Below are positions 1 through 43,972 of a stretch of 48,832 nt of DNA, piece after piece. Numbering within the stretch: the first letter of the stretch is position 1; every line of letters starts with the position of its first letter. A model generated the notes under the pieces. The model had not been told where the DNA came from. It did not search any database and was given only the letters and a program-made list of their open reading frames with translations. The stretch is from Phoronis australis (taxonomy: Eukaryota; Animalia; Phoronida), in NCBI GenBank assembly GCA_002633005.1, contig NMRA01000393.1:6437-55268 (forward strand), given 5' to 3'. A program made the position numbers and the translations under genes.

Positions 1-50
1 TAACATTTTACGAATGTCTCATGTTACAGAATGCTGCCCTGTGTTCTTAC

Positions 51-32517
<32,467 letters not shown>

Positions 32518-34387
32518 CTGAAAAGTTTAAAAATAAGTAGCACTAAGTTTTATGCAAAGTCATCTCTGAATAAAGGTATAGTTATCACAGAAACTGTCCG
32601 TTTCATGCACTGCCAATGCTACAGATTTTGCGATAGAGTGTCTGAGATAACAATTTATTTAGAAGCATTTACAACACAGATAGGCAAACACTCCATTCAC
32701 AAACCGGATAAAACACTGTTACTTTGCTAGTGATTCAAGTTAGCCCAAAATTGATATTATTTCCGCTAGCATTTTTACAGCCAGACCACTTACTACAAAA
32801 GAGATCGAGCTCAGTAGAGGGGAAAGGTGCTTGTGACTTCCGAAAGGATTGTTTTTGCCAGTGAGGGTCAATCGCCTTTCCCTGCCCTGGACACTAGGCT
32901 TCGAAATGATCGAATGAATCTTGCAATACTGGGTATGCAATACTGGGCATATTATTATTTTGCACCAACTTTTACATACTCATGACATCTTTAAATGTGC
33001 TTAAGTTACACAATTTTGAAATCATGACCATAAAATACACTAATTCTGGACGCAAGAGTTCTCTGCACTCCCATTTCCAGGACATCCACCTTGACTGAAA
33101 AGCATTGTGAGAATTCCGCTAAGGACACCAATGGAGAATTATTACCATAATCTTTGATTTGAGATACAGTTGGCACAAACTAGCGCAGGATTAAGCAAAC
33201 AACTCTAATCCAACTTGAGTGTGGACATAACAGCCTTACCTCTGTGTGCTATGTGTGTGCATGTGTGTGAATGATGGAATACCCTACAACAGTGTTGAAT
33301 TAAGAACCATACATTCCAGACGGGGGAGGGGGGGTATTTGACAACATTTTTGACGGATACATCCGGAAAATTAGGACATCCACTCAGTTGAAGTGTCCCA
33401 TTTTAGGAAGATACTGTGCAAATTAAAGAAAATATTTTGTTCTAAACATCAACCTTTTCTAGGGGTTGATTCTATGAGCCTTAACCATTCGTTAGGATTC
33501 TTGAATTTTAACTGAGGAATCTTAATTAAAACACTTTTAGAAAACAAAGATGACACGTTGTTAAGTAAAAGTGTCTTTGGCAGCCATATTAAAGCCGATA
33601 TGTAGATTTGTGTAGTTGGAAAATGGAAATTTGTGTAGATTTTCAAACTCCCAAAGTGAATCTTTTGAAGTAAATTTTGATGGAAAAGACACCACTTAAA
33701 GAAAATTTGAGTAAGCAAAGGAACCCTTTTGTAGGGGAACCAGTCATGAAAAAGGCACCCTACTCAGTGACACAACAAACCAAATACTGAAAATCATTGC
33801 TGGTAAATCATCATTAACTCTTCCTGTGATGTTAAACATGGCAATTGTTGGAAAGTTGCATGTGTGGTAGTCACTATTTGCATCCCATTCACCCTACTTT
33901 TAAGAAAAGATTGTACAACAGTTATTGTCAATCATAGTTTATGAATTTTTTTTAAAACCATGCATTAATCTCGATACACTTAGATGACCAAATATCATTG
34001 ATTTGAAGCAAAACATGATACATTCTAACATCAAGTTCCGACAAGCCATGCCAAAGATTAGAACCCTCAGATGTGTCATGTTGAATATTGCGTAGAACAT
34101 GTTTGTCAGGGAACAGAACGCAATTTACTATAAAATTGATTCATTCGAGATCTTTTGTCAACAAAAGAAATGGATACAACTGTGAATGGAGCAAATAAAA
34201 TTACCCTTGATTGTCCACTGCAGTATTTTGAGGCTGAAATTTGCTGGAATTCACTAGTAGAAGTCTTACGACATCTTTTCTATACTTTCTAAAGCCTGGA
34301 AATAATAAATTCTTTGAAATGCTATTGTTTGCATTGTAATGGTCAAGGTTAGGTAGTATCAGGCTAGTAAACAAACGATCAGACAGC

Positions 34388-34477
34388 GAGGGGACACTGT
34401 ACTCATGATGGACCAGCCAGTGAGGGGACACTGTACTCATGATGGATCAGCCAGTGAGGGGACACTGTACTCATGAT
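34388..34477. repeat. 34-bp tandem repeat, ~2.6 copies
   Basis: GAGGGGACACTGTACTCATGATGGA(C/T)CAGCCAGT. Confidence 0.9.
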
Positions 34478-35040
34478 GATTCTTCAAGCTTTTGGTCATT
34501 CAATACATGTAATCAACCTTTTTACCCCTTTCATAAAAAATAGCCAGGATGGGGGCTTGTCACCTATGCAAACAATGTCTAAAACATAAAACACTGATAG
34601 CTATAATCATTTTGTCCTCTTGTTACTCGCCAGCAATATCGTTTAATGAATTGTGTGCAGGCAGATGTTTGGTTTATAGTCTATTCTTGTTTCACAGGTC
34701 AGAGGTCTAAGGTAACTGTAACTAATTTGATTATCAAGAAACCTTCATTTTCTTAAATAAGTTGTTCAGCAGCAGAAACTGATCTAAATTATTAAATTAC
34801 AAGAGGTCATTGTTCACAACTACAGAAAATTCAAACCCAATGGTAAAAAACATTATAGGTAACCGTATACTGTGGGTGTCTGTATCTAAAATCTAGGAAT
34901 CAAACACTGATGAAAACTGGCACCAAATTTTTAAACTGTCCTGTTTGACACATGACTAATTTCCCATGATCTTAAACTCAAACTGTTTTTCAAACTCGAC
35001 ACATGTGAGCCAAGCTCAACACGGCAAAATCCAAACTTGT

Positions 35041-35776
35041 CTAGGCTCACGCTAGCCACTCGCCAGCTCACCATTGGTGAATTCTGAGCGGCATTGGCAA
35101 TGGTACAGCTAAGTCCATTCACTAACTTAGCGAATGCTTTTGCAACTTGACAATAAAAATTGATTTCGGGGAAACCTACTCGCATGTCGACTCACAGTCA
35201 ATCGCGACACAAACAACATTTTTACTTAGATTCCGAGTCCTAAAAATAGCAAGTGAATATTCCATTTCAAGTCCATCACTCCCCTGAAATAATTCTTTTA
35301 CCACAACAAAATGTTTGACTGTGTAGGGAGAGGATGCCCCTTGTCATCTGCAAGTGGCAGTGTCAGGATTATTTCGTGTGGCAGCCAAAAAAGAACGCAA
35401 GGAAGTAAAGCAAATATCAATTTGCTTCACTACTCTTCATGATTTTGCTTTTATTTTTTAAGACACAAGTTATGTTAATTTAATGTTCTTTGGCCTAAAT
35501 GTCTTGCTCATCAAAATGCCCACCAGGCTTCCGTATAGGGGGGAGTAACCAAATTTTTAGTTCACAATCACTGAAATGCGTAATCCGGGGATAGGGGCAA
35601 CTACTGCCTAATTTTTTGGGTCAACATCAATGAAATGCCCATGTGGCCAGCATACCCCCGCCGTAACCTGGGGATAGGGGGAAAGTGTTTGGCTAATTGA
35701 TTTTGAAAGTGGGTAAAAGTTTTCGGATGCTTTGGCCATTTTGGCTACTACCATTAAAATCCTAGTGCGAGCCTAG
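35041..35776. mobile_element. MITE with 15-bp TIR and 5-bp TSD
   Basis: CTAGGCTCACGCTAG ... CTAGTGCGAGCCTAG (2 mismatches), flanked by CTTGT on both sides. Confidence 0.72.
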
Positions 35777-36299
35777 CTTGTAACTGCAACGAGTCAAAAC
35801 AGGTTGTAGAGGTGCTTATTTTTTGTGCTCTAAATATTTCCATATTACAGAAGGCACACTGTATTTCAATTAAAATTTGAGGTTCATGTGACCTTGGGGT
35901 AATTGTCAATAGGTACACACCTAGTACTGTTCATCGCCAGATTTTTATTAGAAGATGTACATTCATTTAAAAGTTCACAAAAATGAGTTTAATTATAACA
36001 TTATTCAAGACTTTTCTTTTGAAAAGCATGAAAGTCTAATATAATAATCCAAAAATAGTTCTCAGGATATAAATGGACACTAAAAGCTTAACAAAAACAT
36101 TTTCAATCTCAAATCACTTTCATAAACACACACTTGCCTTACAGCATAGGACTAGTATCCAGGGAGTCACTCATACTGACGAGGTGCCCGCTGGCCTGTA
36201 CCAAAAATTGCAGGTTTAAGCAAGTTTTGCAATTAGACCCACGTGAGGTCCAATAGGCTGCTTAATTTCCACTACAATGGAGTGAGGCAGAAAATCTTC

Positions 36300-37600
36300 A
36301 CTCGCAAAAGGGGGTAAGGTTACTGTTTACAATCCGACTCCATTAACGCACATGCTTGTTATTAATATTTTCTGAATCCTCTCGCCGTGGTGAGTGACCC
36401 CCCGGGATTATGAAACTATCAATTTTCCATGAGTTGTCAAGTAGTGGTGAGAACTGTGGATAGCGTAAGTAGAAACTTCTCGCAAGAAATCAGATATTAA
36501 GCACTCGCCTATCCGACTATTACCCTCTATCTTGAACGCCGAACGTCGGATTATGCCAAGAGATGAACATGCATGCAGGCAAGTAGGCCTACAAACAATC
36601 TTACATGGGACATGTGCGCCCTAGCGGCTAGCCAGTCACGGAGTGCTATTGCACCGCAACCGGGATCGCAGTGTCGTGGCAGTAGCTCTCAAGTCTTCCG
36701 TTCGCAAGCTATTTGGTTCATTTGTACAATATACAATCACTAACCCAAAATTTTCCACCACATATGTCTTCAAATGTCCACTGCAGCTTTACTTGAAACC
36801 ACTCCATGTTCCAACTAACGCTCTTCCTTCCCTCACGCTAAACTTCTCAACTAGGAATGTCACGCTTGTTGACACGGTTATTCTTCTATATAAAAACGGG
36901 ATTCCCTGGATTCAGTTCAGTACGGTTTCGCCAGTTATACATTTGAGCCCCAAAACATGAATGTCTACAGATAAAATTAAAACGTTTCGAATAGGTGATT
37001 TCTATTGGTCCTCACGCCAGTTTCCAAAGGTTGTGACCCATTATTTGTCCAATCGAATTCTCACCACGTGTGCACAATCAAAACCGCCGAACCAGACAGC
37101 TTATTCGCTCAGAGACGGAAATCTCTTTTGCCGGGACTTGCTGAAGTTGGCATTTTCGACTATCACCGTATGAGTCATAGCAAATACGGACTCTGGTCAT
37201 AGAAATAAATAGAAAAGTACTCATAACTACAAAAGCCAACACTTGCGTGTATACGCGGAGCACGATGCAGTGTTACCTTGACAGCCAAGAGCTCGGCGGC
37301 GCTACCGAAAATAGCGGCCAGTGGCACTGCATGCGAACAAGCCTAGGACCAATATGTATATTACTCCCAGGACCAAGTAAACCCACGTCGCATTTTAAAA
37401 ATCCACCTCGAATACATAAATGCTAGATTAAAAATTTTCCCGCCATTTTACGAGCCAGAACTGATTTTTAGTTAGTCGAGAAAATGTTTGGATTATATAT
37501 GCTCTAATACCTGCGGCGTTCACGAATCATTCGCGTACCCCGGCCAGCCTAAAAACTCAGGGGCTCCAATTCTTGAGAATGTGGACCTTTTACCAAAATT
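36300..37600 (-). promoter_or_regulatory. CpG-enriched candidate promoter / 5' UTR region of the ABCC gene
   Basis: Visibly more CpG than the introns; minus-strand donor AAG|GTAACA at 37277; YY1-like AAAATGGCGG at 37440-37449. The same word also occurs in the MITE near 15201, so it may be repeat-derived. Limits approximate. Confidence 0.4.
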
Positions 37601-39587
37601 CGGGGCATACTTTCAGAGCTATGAATTTACCGTACATTTTTCCAGTGGCCCCACTCTGGTATTGTATTAACAGAGACAACTACCGCTCTGTTTTTTAGTT
37701 TTTCTTTTTTATTTCTCGAAATTGTATATCACGGTTAGCATCAATTGCTGCGCATTCCTGATTTTTGAAAACTAATATAGATCTTTTCATAGTTAGGGGT
37801 GCAGCCCGCCTTGAAGGGAGCCATTGATGACATTCAAGTTGGAACCCTTTTTGTGTTTTCTATTGACAAATTCATAAGGGGCCACTCACGGAGAGAGGAC
37901 CCAATGTTGAAATAGATTACCTCTATTTTCATTTTTTGTGAATTCGTACGTACAACCGGTTCATGTTGAGGAAGGTCATTTCTTTGCAGGGTCACACGTC
38001 TATATGAAGTGAAGTGTCACTCTGTTCCGAGCCTTTCATCTTACGGTGTCCCATTTCAGATGGGACCCTCTCTCGTTGGGGCGGTTTGGGGGAATTGTCC
38101 CTTTGTCTCTCTATATATAAAAACCCGACATTGCCAAGTACTCAGGAGGGGAAGCTCAGATTCCAAATTCATCAAAAAAATTCGTGCACAACACATCAGT
38201 ATCAAGACATTCGATTAAAACAACCATAACATATGAAAATACAATAGGACTGAACGCTATGGAACGGAGTTGAAAATAGTTACTATGAGTTGTTTCTTAG
38301 GAAATCGTACAAGTCGAAAAGATTGTGGAGGCTACGGGGTTTTTGATCGAACGACGTACTAAAAGTACTGGAAACCATAAACAAAGATTCCAGCGTTTTT
38401 TATTGGAGTTCAACTTTATGTCAGTCTTGAACGATAATAGGTACCTTAATACGAGTATCAGTTTCTCCCGGTTACCTGTCAAAAATCTGCGACCTAATCT
38501 AGAAACTAATCTTGTAAGAATTGGTGATGTTTTAGTGAATTTAGTTGCATCGTGAAATTGAAAAACTCTATAATCCGATCCCCAAATGGGTGCACCTTGG
38601 ACAATATTTCCTATCCAAAATAACAAGGCATTGAAGACATTCGGACAGTTCCAAAATATAAACTCACAATTCAAATGACAATAAATGCAATACTTTTTGA
38701 CTTAGGCACGAGATTTGTAAACACACAAACAGGAGACCATGGAGTCGGTTGTTGGTTTCTGATTTAGCCTACATGTTTATGCATCTACAAAAATGTAATG
38801 ATTGATAGTTGATTTTTTTACAATAAGAGGTTATGATGCTTCACTGAACTTAGTTGTAAGTTGAAAGTGAGAAAATTCGATCTATCATCAGATCCTCACA
38901 TAGCAAAGTATACTAAACGATTTTTGTTTATCTGAAATAAGTCTCAAGGATATTCATGAATGTCCAACAGTCTACAAAGTGTCCCAAAATGACAAGTCCC
39001 GAACTTTGGAACTAGATTACTTGTTTAATTTAAAAAACACGGTAAACTGAAAAAGGAGTTTAAATCTTTAAATAAATCAAATTAAACTCATTACTCATGA
39101 ACTTGGAAAGGTTCAATGGTCTTGATGTTTCTAGTTCCCAGTGCGCCGCAATGAGTCTTCTCAGTCTTCAAAACTGAAGCGTTTGCTTGCCGTCAGTGGA
39201 CGCACCCACGGTAAAAGTAAATTATGTAACCACATACATAAACCAGCAAGGCCGCGCAGAATCTCGGTGATTCAGGGAACTGAATTTGAACTCAGTCCAA
39301 GGCAAGTGTGGGACACACTCAGGCATCATTTTTCCCAGCCAGAAACCTGATAACTGAGAAAGTGACCGTGTTTCAACAAGGGCCTTGAACTATACCAGGG
39401 ACCTCGGGACCTCACCATTTCAAATTCCTTCAAAGAATAACCGTGAATGAAATGAGCATTCCCGAAACTGCATCATTGATAACGGCGTCGGATGGGTACG
39501 AACTAATACTTGTCTCAAGTGAAGAAAAAGATCATAGTTGAGCTGACCAGAGAATAGCCTGGTTCATCGAATTTCGGGGGGGGGGGG

Positions 39588-39604
39588 NNNNNNNNNNNNN
39601 NNNN
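39588..39604. other. Assembly gap preceded by a poly-G run
   Basis: N run at the left edge of the TRIM array. Confidence 1.
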
Positions 39605-40800
39605 AGAGGCTCATATAATTCACCGGAAGCACATCTACAACATTCCCCCCTTTCCTACGGAACGGGCACGCGACAGGAAGGTGAACACCAGGATGTCTCG
39701 CATACAGGTCATCAACGTCCCTTGGTACCTTTACCACCACAACACAGGTGAACACAAGGTCGTCTCTCATACAGGTCCTTGACTCCTGGAACCTTCCACG
39801 CGCTCTGTCCCGAGGTCCGTGGGTACTAGTTGGCAGTGCTTCATCGGTAGATCATCCCTTTGCCGACTACGCCATTTGTAGTAATAGCCGAGATTACTCA
39901 ACCCGGGGATCGAACCCGCGACCCCCATAAAACCGGCAAGCGTGCTAACCATTCAGCTAATAGGCAATTGCCCGTTTGCGAGTAGCTAACAGAGGCTCAT
40001 ATAATTCACCGGAAGCACATCTACAACATTCCCCCCTTTCCTACGGAACGGGCACGCGACAGGAAGGTGAACACCAGGATGTCTCGCATACAGGTCATCA
40101 ACGTCCCTTGGTACCTTTACCACCACAACACAGGTGAACACAAGGTCGTCTCTCATACAGGTCCTTGACTCCTGGAACCTTCCACGCGCTCTGTCCCGAG
40201 GTCCGTGGGTACTAGTTGGCAGTGCTTCATCGGTAGATCATCCCTTTGCCGACTACGCCATTTGTAGTAATAGCCGAGATTACTCAACCCGGGGATCGAA
40301 CCCGCGACCCCCATAAAACCGGCAAGCGTGCTAACCATTCAGCTAATAGGCAATTGCCCGTTTGCGAGTAGCTAACAGAGGCTCATATAATTCACCGGAA
40401 GCACATCTACAACATTCCCCCCTTTCCTACGGAACGGGCACGCGACAGGAAGGTGAACACCAGGATGTCTCGCATACAGGTCATCAACGTCCCTTGGTAC
40501 CTTTACCACCACAACACAGGTGAACACAAGGTCGTCTCTCATACAGGTCCTTGACTCCTGGAACCTTCCACGCGCTCTGTCCCGAGGTCCGTGGGTACTA
40601 GTTGGCAGTGCTTCATCGGTAGATCATCCCTTTGCCGACTACGCCATTTGTAGTAATAGCCGAGATTACTCAACCCGGGGATCGAACCCGCGACCCCCAT
40701 AAAACCGGCAAGCGTGCTAACCATTCAGCTAATAGGCAATTGCCCGTTAGCGAGTAGCTAACAGAGGCTCATATAATTCACCGGAAGCACATCTACAACA
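39605..40800 (-). mobile_element. Tandem-array TRIM (non-autonomous miniature LTR retrotransposon) with tRNA-like Pol III promoter in its LTRs; 386-bp unit, at least 3 internal regions
   Basis: 152-bp LTRs at 39877-40028, 40263-40414, 40649-40800 (plus a partial one ending at 39642) with TG...CA ends; 234-bp internal regions; minus-strand PBS TGGCGTAGTCGGCA 2 nt after the LTR; PPT GGAAAGGGGGGAA directly before the next LTR; box A TAGCTGAATGG and box B GGTTCGATCC inside the LTR. Left end lost in an N gap. Confidence 0.9.
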
Positions 40801-40972
40801 CTAAGTTGCCTAGGCTTAGCTTAGACAGCACCACCGTCGGCACCGACACCGTTCTCAACTGGCTGCAGTAGAGACGATGGTCATCCCGGCATAGGTATCG
40901 TTGGTCAAATTGGTGAACGTTGCGCCGTTAAAGCACAGGCGTTCTCAGCTTCTGATCGTCCCCAATACACTA

Positions 40973-41128
40973 TGTAGTAATAGCCGAGAGTATCCGACCC
41001 GGGGATCGAACCAGCGACCCCCATAAGAGTGCTACCATTCACTCAGCTAAATAGCCTAAATAGGCAATTGCCCTTTAGCGAGTAGCCAACAGAGGCTCAT
41101 ATGATTCACCAGAAGCACAACTACAACA
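40973..41128 (-). mobile_element. Diverged solo LTR of the same TRIM family
   Basis: Alignable along the whole LTR (TGTAGTAATAGCCGAG...CTACAACA), box B retained, flanked by 4-bp TSD ACTA (40969-40972 and 41129-41132). Confidence 0.9.
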
Positions 41129-41185
41129 ACTATATGTAATACTACAAGGTATGACACTCCCGACCAGAAATTTCATGGGTGCATC

Positions 41186-41727
41186 ACTTCAACCGTCCAT
41201 ATCAAACACAAAACTCAATAAATTTACACAAAACAAGGTTTCAACAAACCATTAGCAGTTGTGCTTTCTTCTAATATCATTCACAGTGTCCTGCTCCAGC
41301 CAGATCACAACAAATTCACAGTCAAATCACTACAATGTTCCCAAAAAACCAACACATCGAGCCTCCTTGGAAGGCTCGAGATCAAGGACAGTACGGCAAT
41401 TGCCGATTTGTCACGGACTGTCACGACATCGAGAACTCCATACTTAGCCAGACCATTTCATAACCTCCCGTGAGGAACCGGCAATTGTCGTCCATCAGTA
41501 ACTTATCGGAAAATTCCTTACTGTCCTTGACCTCGAGCTGTCCAAGGAGGCTCGATGCATGGGCTTTTTGGGAACATTTTTGTGCTTTGATCGCAAATTT
41601 GTTGCGATCTCGCTGGAGCAGGACACCGTGAATGGTATCAAAAGAAAGAACAATTGCTAAATGGTTTGTTGAAACCTTGTTTTGTGTAAATTTATTGAGT
41701 TTTGTGTTTGATATGGACGACTGAAGT
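41186..41727. mobile_element. Foldback/MITE with >200-bp inverted arms
   Basis: 41186-~41410 is the reverse complement of ~41500-41727; the outer ~70 bp are nearly perfect; no ORF; TSD not evident. Confidence 0.8.
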
Positions 41728-43972
41728 AGAGCTTGTACAAAATTATTCCCTGTTCCATGCTGTCAATGGTTCTGATGCATGCCCGTGTAAGTAATAACTG
41801 TGATGTTTTTAAAGTATTAGCAACAGTACTTCAGTATCTTATTAAAACCAAGTGTGAATCATATGGTTTAGTAGACATCATCAAGTTTTGGCATTCATAT
41901 TTTGATTCAAATCACCCGTGCTATCTTCCAGTGTGAAAACACGACATTGTAAATTAATTGCATTTAGGATTATGATTTAGAAACATGTAGAGCTAACTTA
42001 TCAGATGCTGGTTTCTATTTAGTGATTAAAATGATTAGGTTTTCATCCTGGTCTTTAACTCATGCCTTCTTTTCAAATTTAAAGAGAGGTTTTAAATAAT
42101 GCCACATCACAGTACACGCAAGTACAATTATGAATTTCTTGATCCACAATGGCATTTATTTCGAGTTTCAGAGAATATTCCAGAAGATATTTATTCTTCT
42201 TCTGGTTGCGTCTGTTCTTCCCGTGGCCTCCAACAATTTCCTTTATCCTTTCCAAATGCGGTTTAATCTCCTCGAAGCTCATCAGAAAAAAAATAGTAGA
42301 CTAATTCTTAAAAAGATTGAAGGATCAAAAATATGTATTAAGATGAGACAATGTAATCATTTGCTATGAAATAATTTCATACAAGCCACCCAATGACCCA
42401 ATACACTGAAAAACTCAAAAAGAGTGCTTACAGCCATTGAGGGTGTGACAAAAATGCTTAATAAAATAGGTGACAGATTCCTACCACTTGAAAATTCTCA
42501 GTATCGGCTTTTTCAACAGAAAACACAGCATAGCAGGTCAGAGCAGAAATAACATGTTGATTCCAGTGCAATACTAACTTGACATGTATTCCTTTAGGTC
42601 TCTTGTTATTTGCATATGCTCTAGAGCACCATAGGATTTCTTTTGTATGAATACTTTTGCATCTTGAATTTCCCAAAAGCTCATTTCTTTACTAACACCA
42701 GGTACTAAACAGAAAAACAATAAGTTCATTAAATGTTTTTGTGATGGACCTACAGCACCATAATATCCAGGAGTTGACCTTTGACCCCAAGAGGCGAGTG
42801 ATGTGCCAAAGTTGAAATGTTATTTTTTTGTAAAGTTTGGGGTTCATGTGATTGCACAAATTTGATAGTGTAGTGATAACCCCGTAATTAGCTTTTTATG
42901 TCAATAATTAGCAACACACATGAAAACATGAAAATCGCGCTAATTTTTAGGGTCAAGTGACCCCCAAAAATGCGTCCATTTAGGCAAAAAATTGAAAGTT
43001 ATAGGACAGCCAAATATGGGTACTGAAACTAGAGGGAACGGGTTTTCAGATGAGACCAGAAATGTTAGTGTAGCCGCAATTTCAATTTTTTGTCTCGAGG
43101 TTGACCTTTTCACGGAATTGCCCATAAGGAAACTGCTTTAACCACATACCGGTAATATGTTAAAGTAAAGTCAAATCAGCTGATCTCAACTTCAGCGATA
43201 TCTGCCAAAACGCCATTGATGTGTAAAAACTTGTGATGTCAGATTTTTGAGATTTCAAATGCGTGGTATTTGTGAAAAAGGGTCAAACGAACGTCTTGTG
43301 TCATTACACAAAGTTCTTATCATTATGCCATCGGATAATATGTGATGAGTGTGACTCACATGCCAAAGGCGTGCTGTTTGCTCAGGACCCAAGTGAGTGT
43401 ACTGGCCACCCCGGACGGTCCACCGCAATCAAATAGTGTTATGCCTGGTATCCTAATATCAATTCGTTTCGGGGATAACATCTATAAAAAAACCGAAAGT
43501 AATCCCTTGCAACTCGCAATCTTATGTTACCTGTCTAAATAACTTCAAAGTATACAACAAGATTCTGAATAAACAATTGCTTTCACTGAGCAACCATACT
43601 ATCTTAGCATGTTTGAAAAAGTGAAATCTGACATGAATAAAACATGGTAGTACACAATTAAAACATCATGTTCTATGTTATTTTGTTAAAAGCATTTGTT
43701 TCGGTTGGATGAACAACATGATCAACTTTAGCAGTGAAGCCACGCCGAACTTATAAGCAAAATTCTAATTATGGGTGTATTTTTTGTTCAAGTGTGTGAT
43801 CTCTACCTCCTGCCCAGCTATATGATGTCTACCTCCTGTCCAGCTATGCTTCAATCATTCACCATTTGTTCTCCTAGAGAAAGTGGAGATATTGAACCAT
43901 TGTTCAGTCTGGTTAAGGCTGACACACTGACAGGTAAGTTATACAAACTAAGCTTTGTTAAATGTCTTGTCT

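Noticed and set aside
39576-39587. Poly-G run as a G-quadruplex or regulatory element
   Set aside because: It abuts the gap and is typical of a read-end sequencing artefact.
39895-39968. Tandem tRNA gene cluster
   Set aside because: Boxes A and B are present, but I could not form convincing acceptor or anticodon stems; the sequence lies inside an LTR.
39748-40724. Six identical-by-strand 60-61 aa ORFs
   Set aside because: Non-ATG-start chance ORFs repeated with the TRIM unit; they cross LTR/PBS boundaries and show no Gag or Pol motifs.
42770-43122. Probable old MITE remnants (also ~2050-3000, ~5720-6070, ~16200-16980, ~28407-28737)
   Set aside because: Repeat-like wording, but paired termini and TSDs could not be established by eye.
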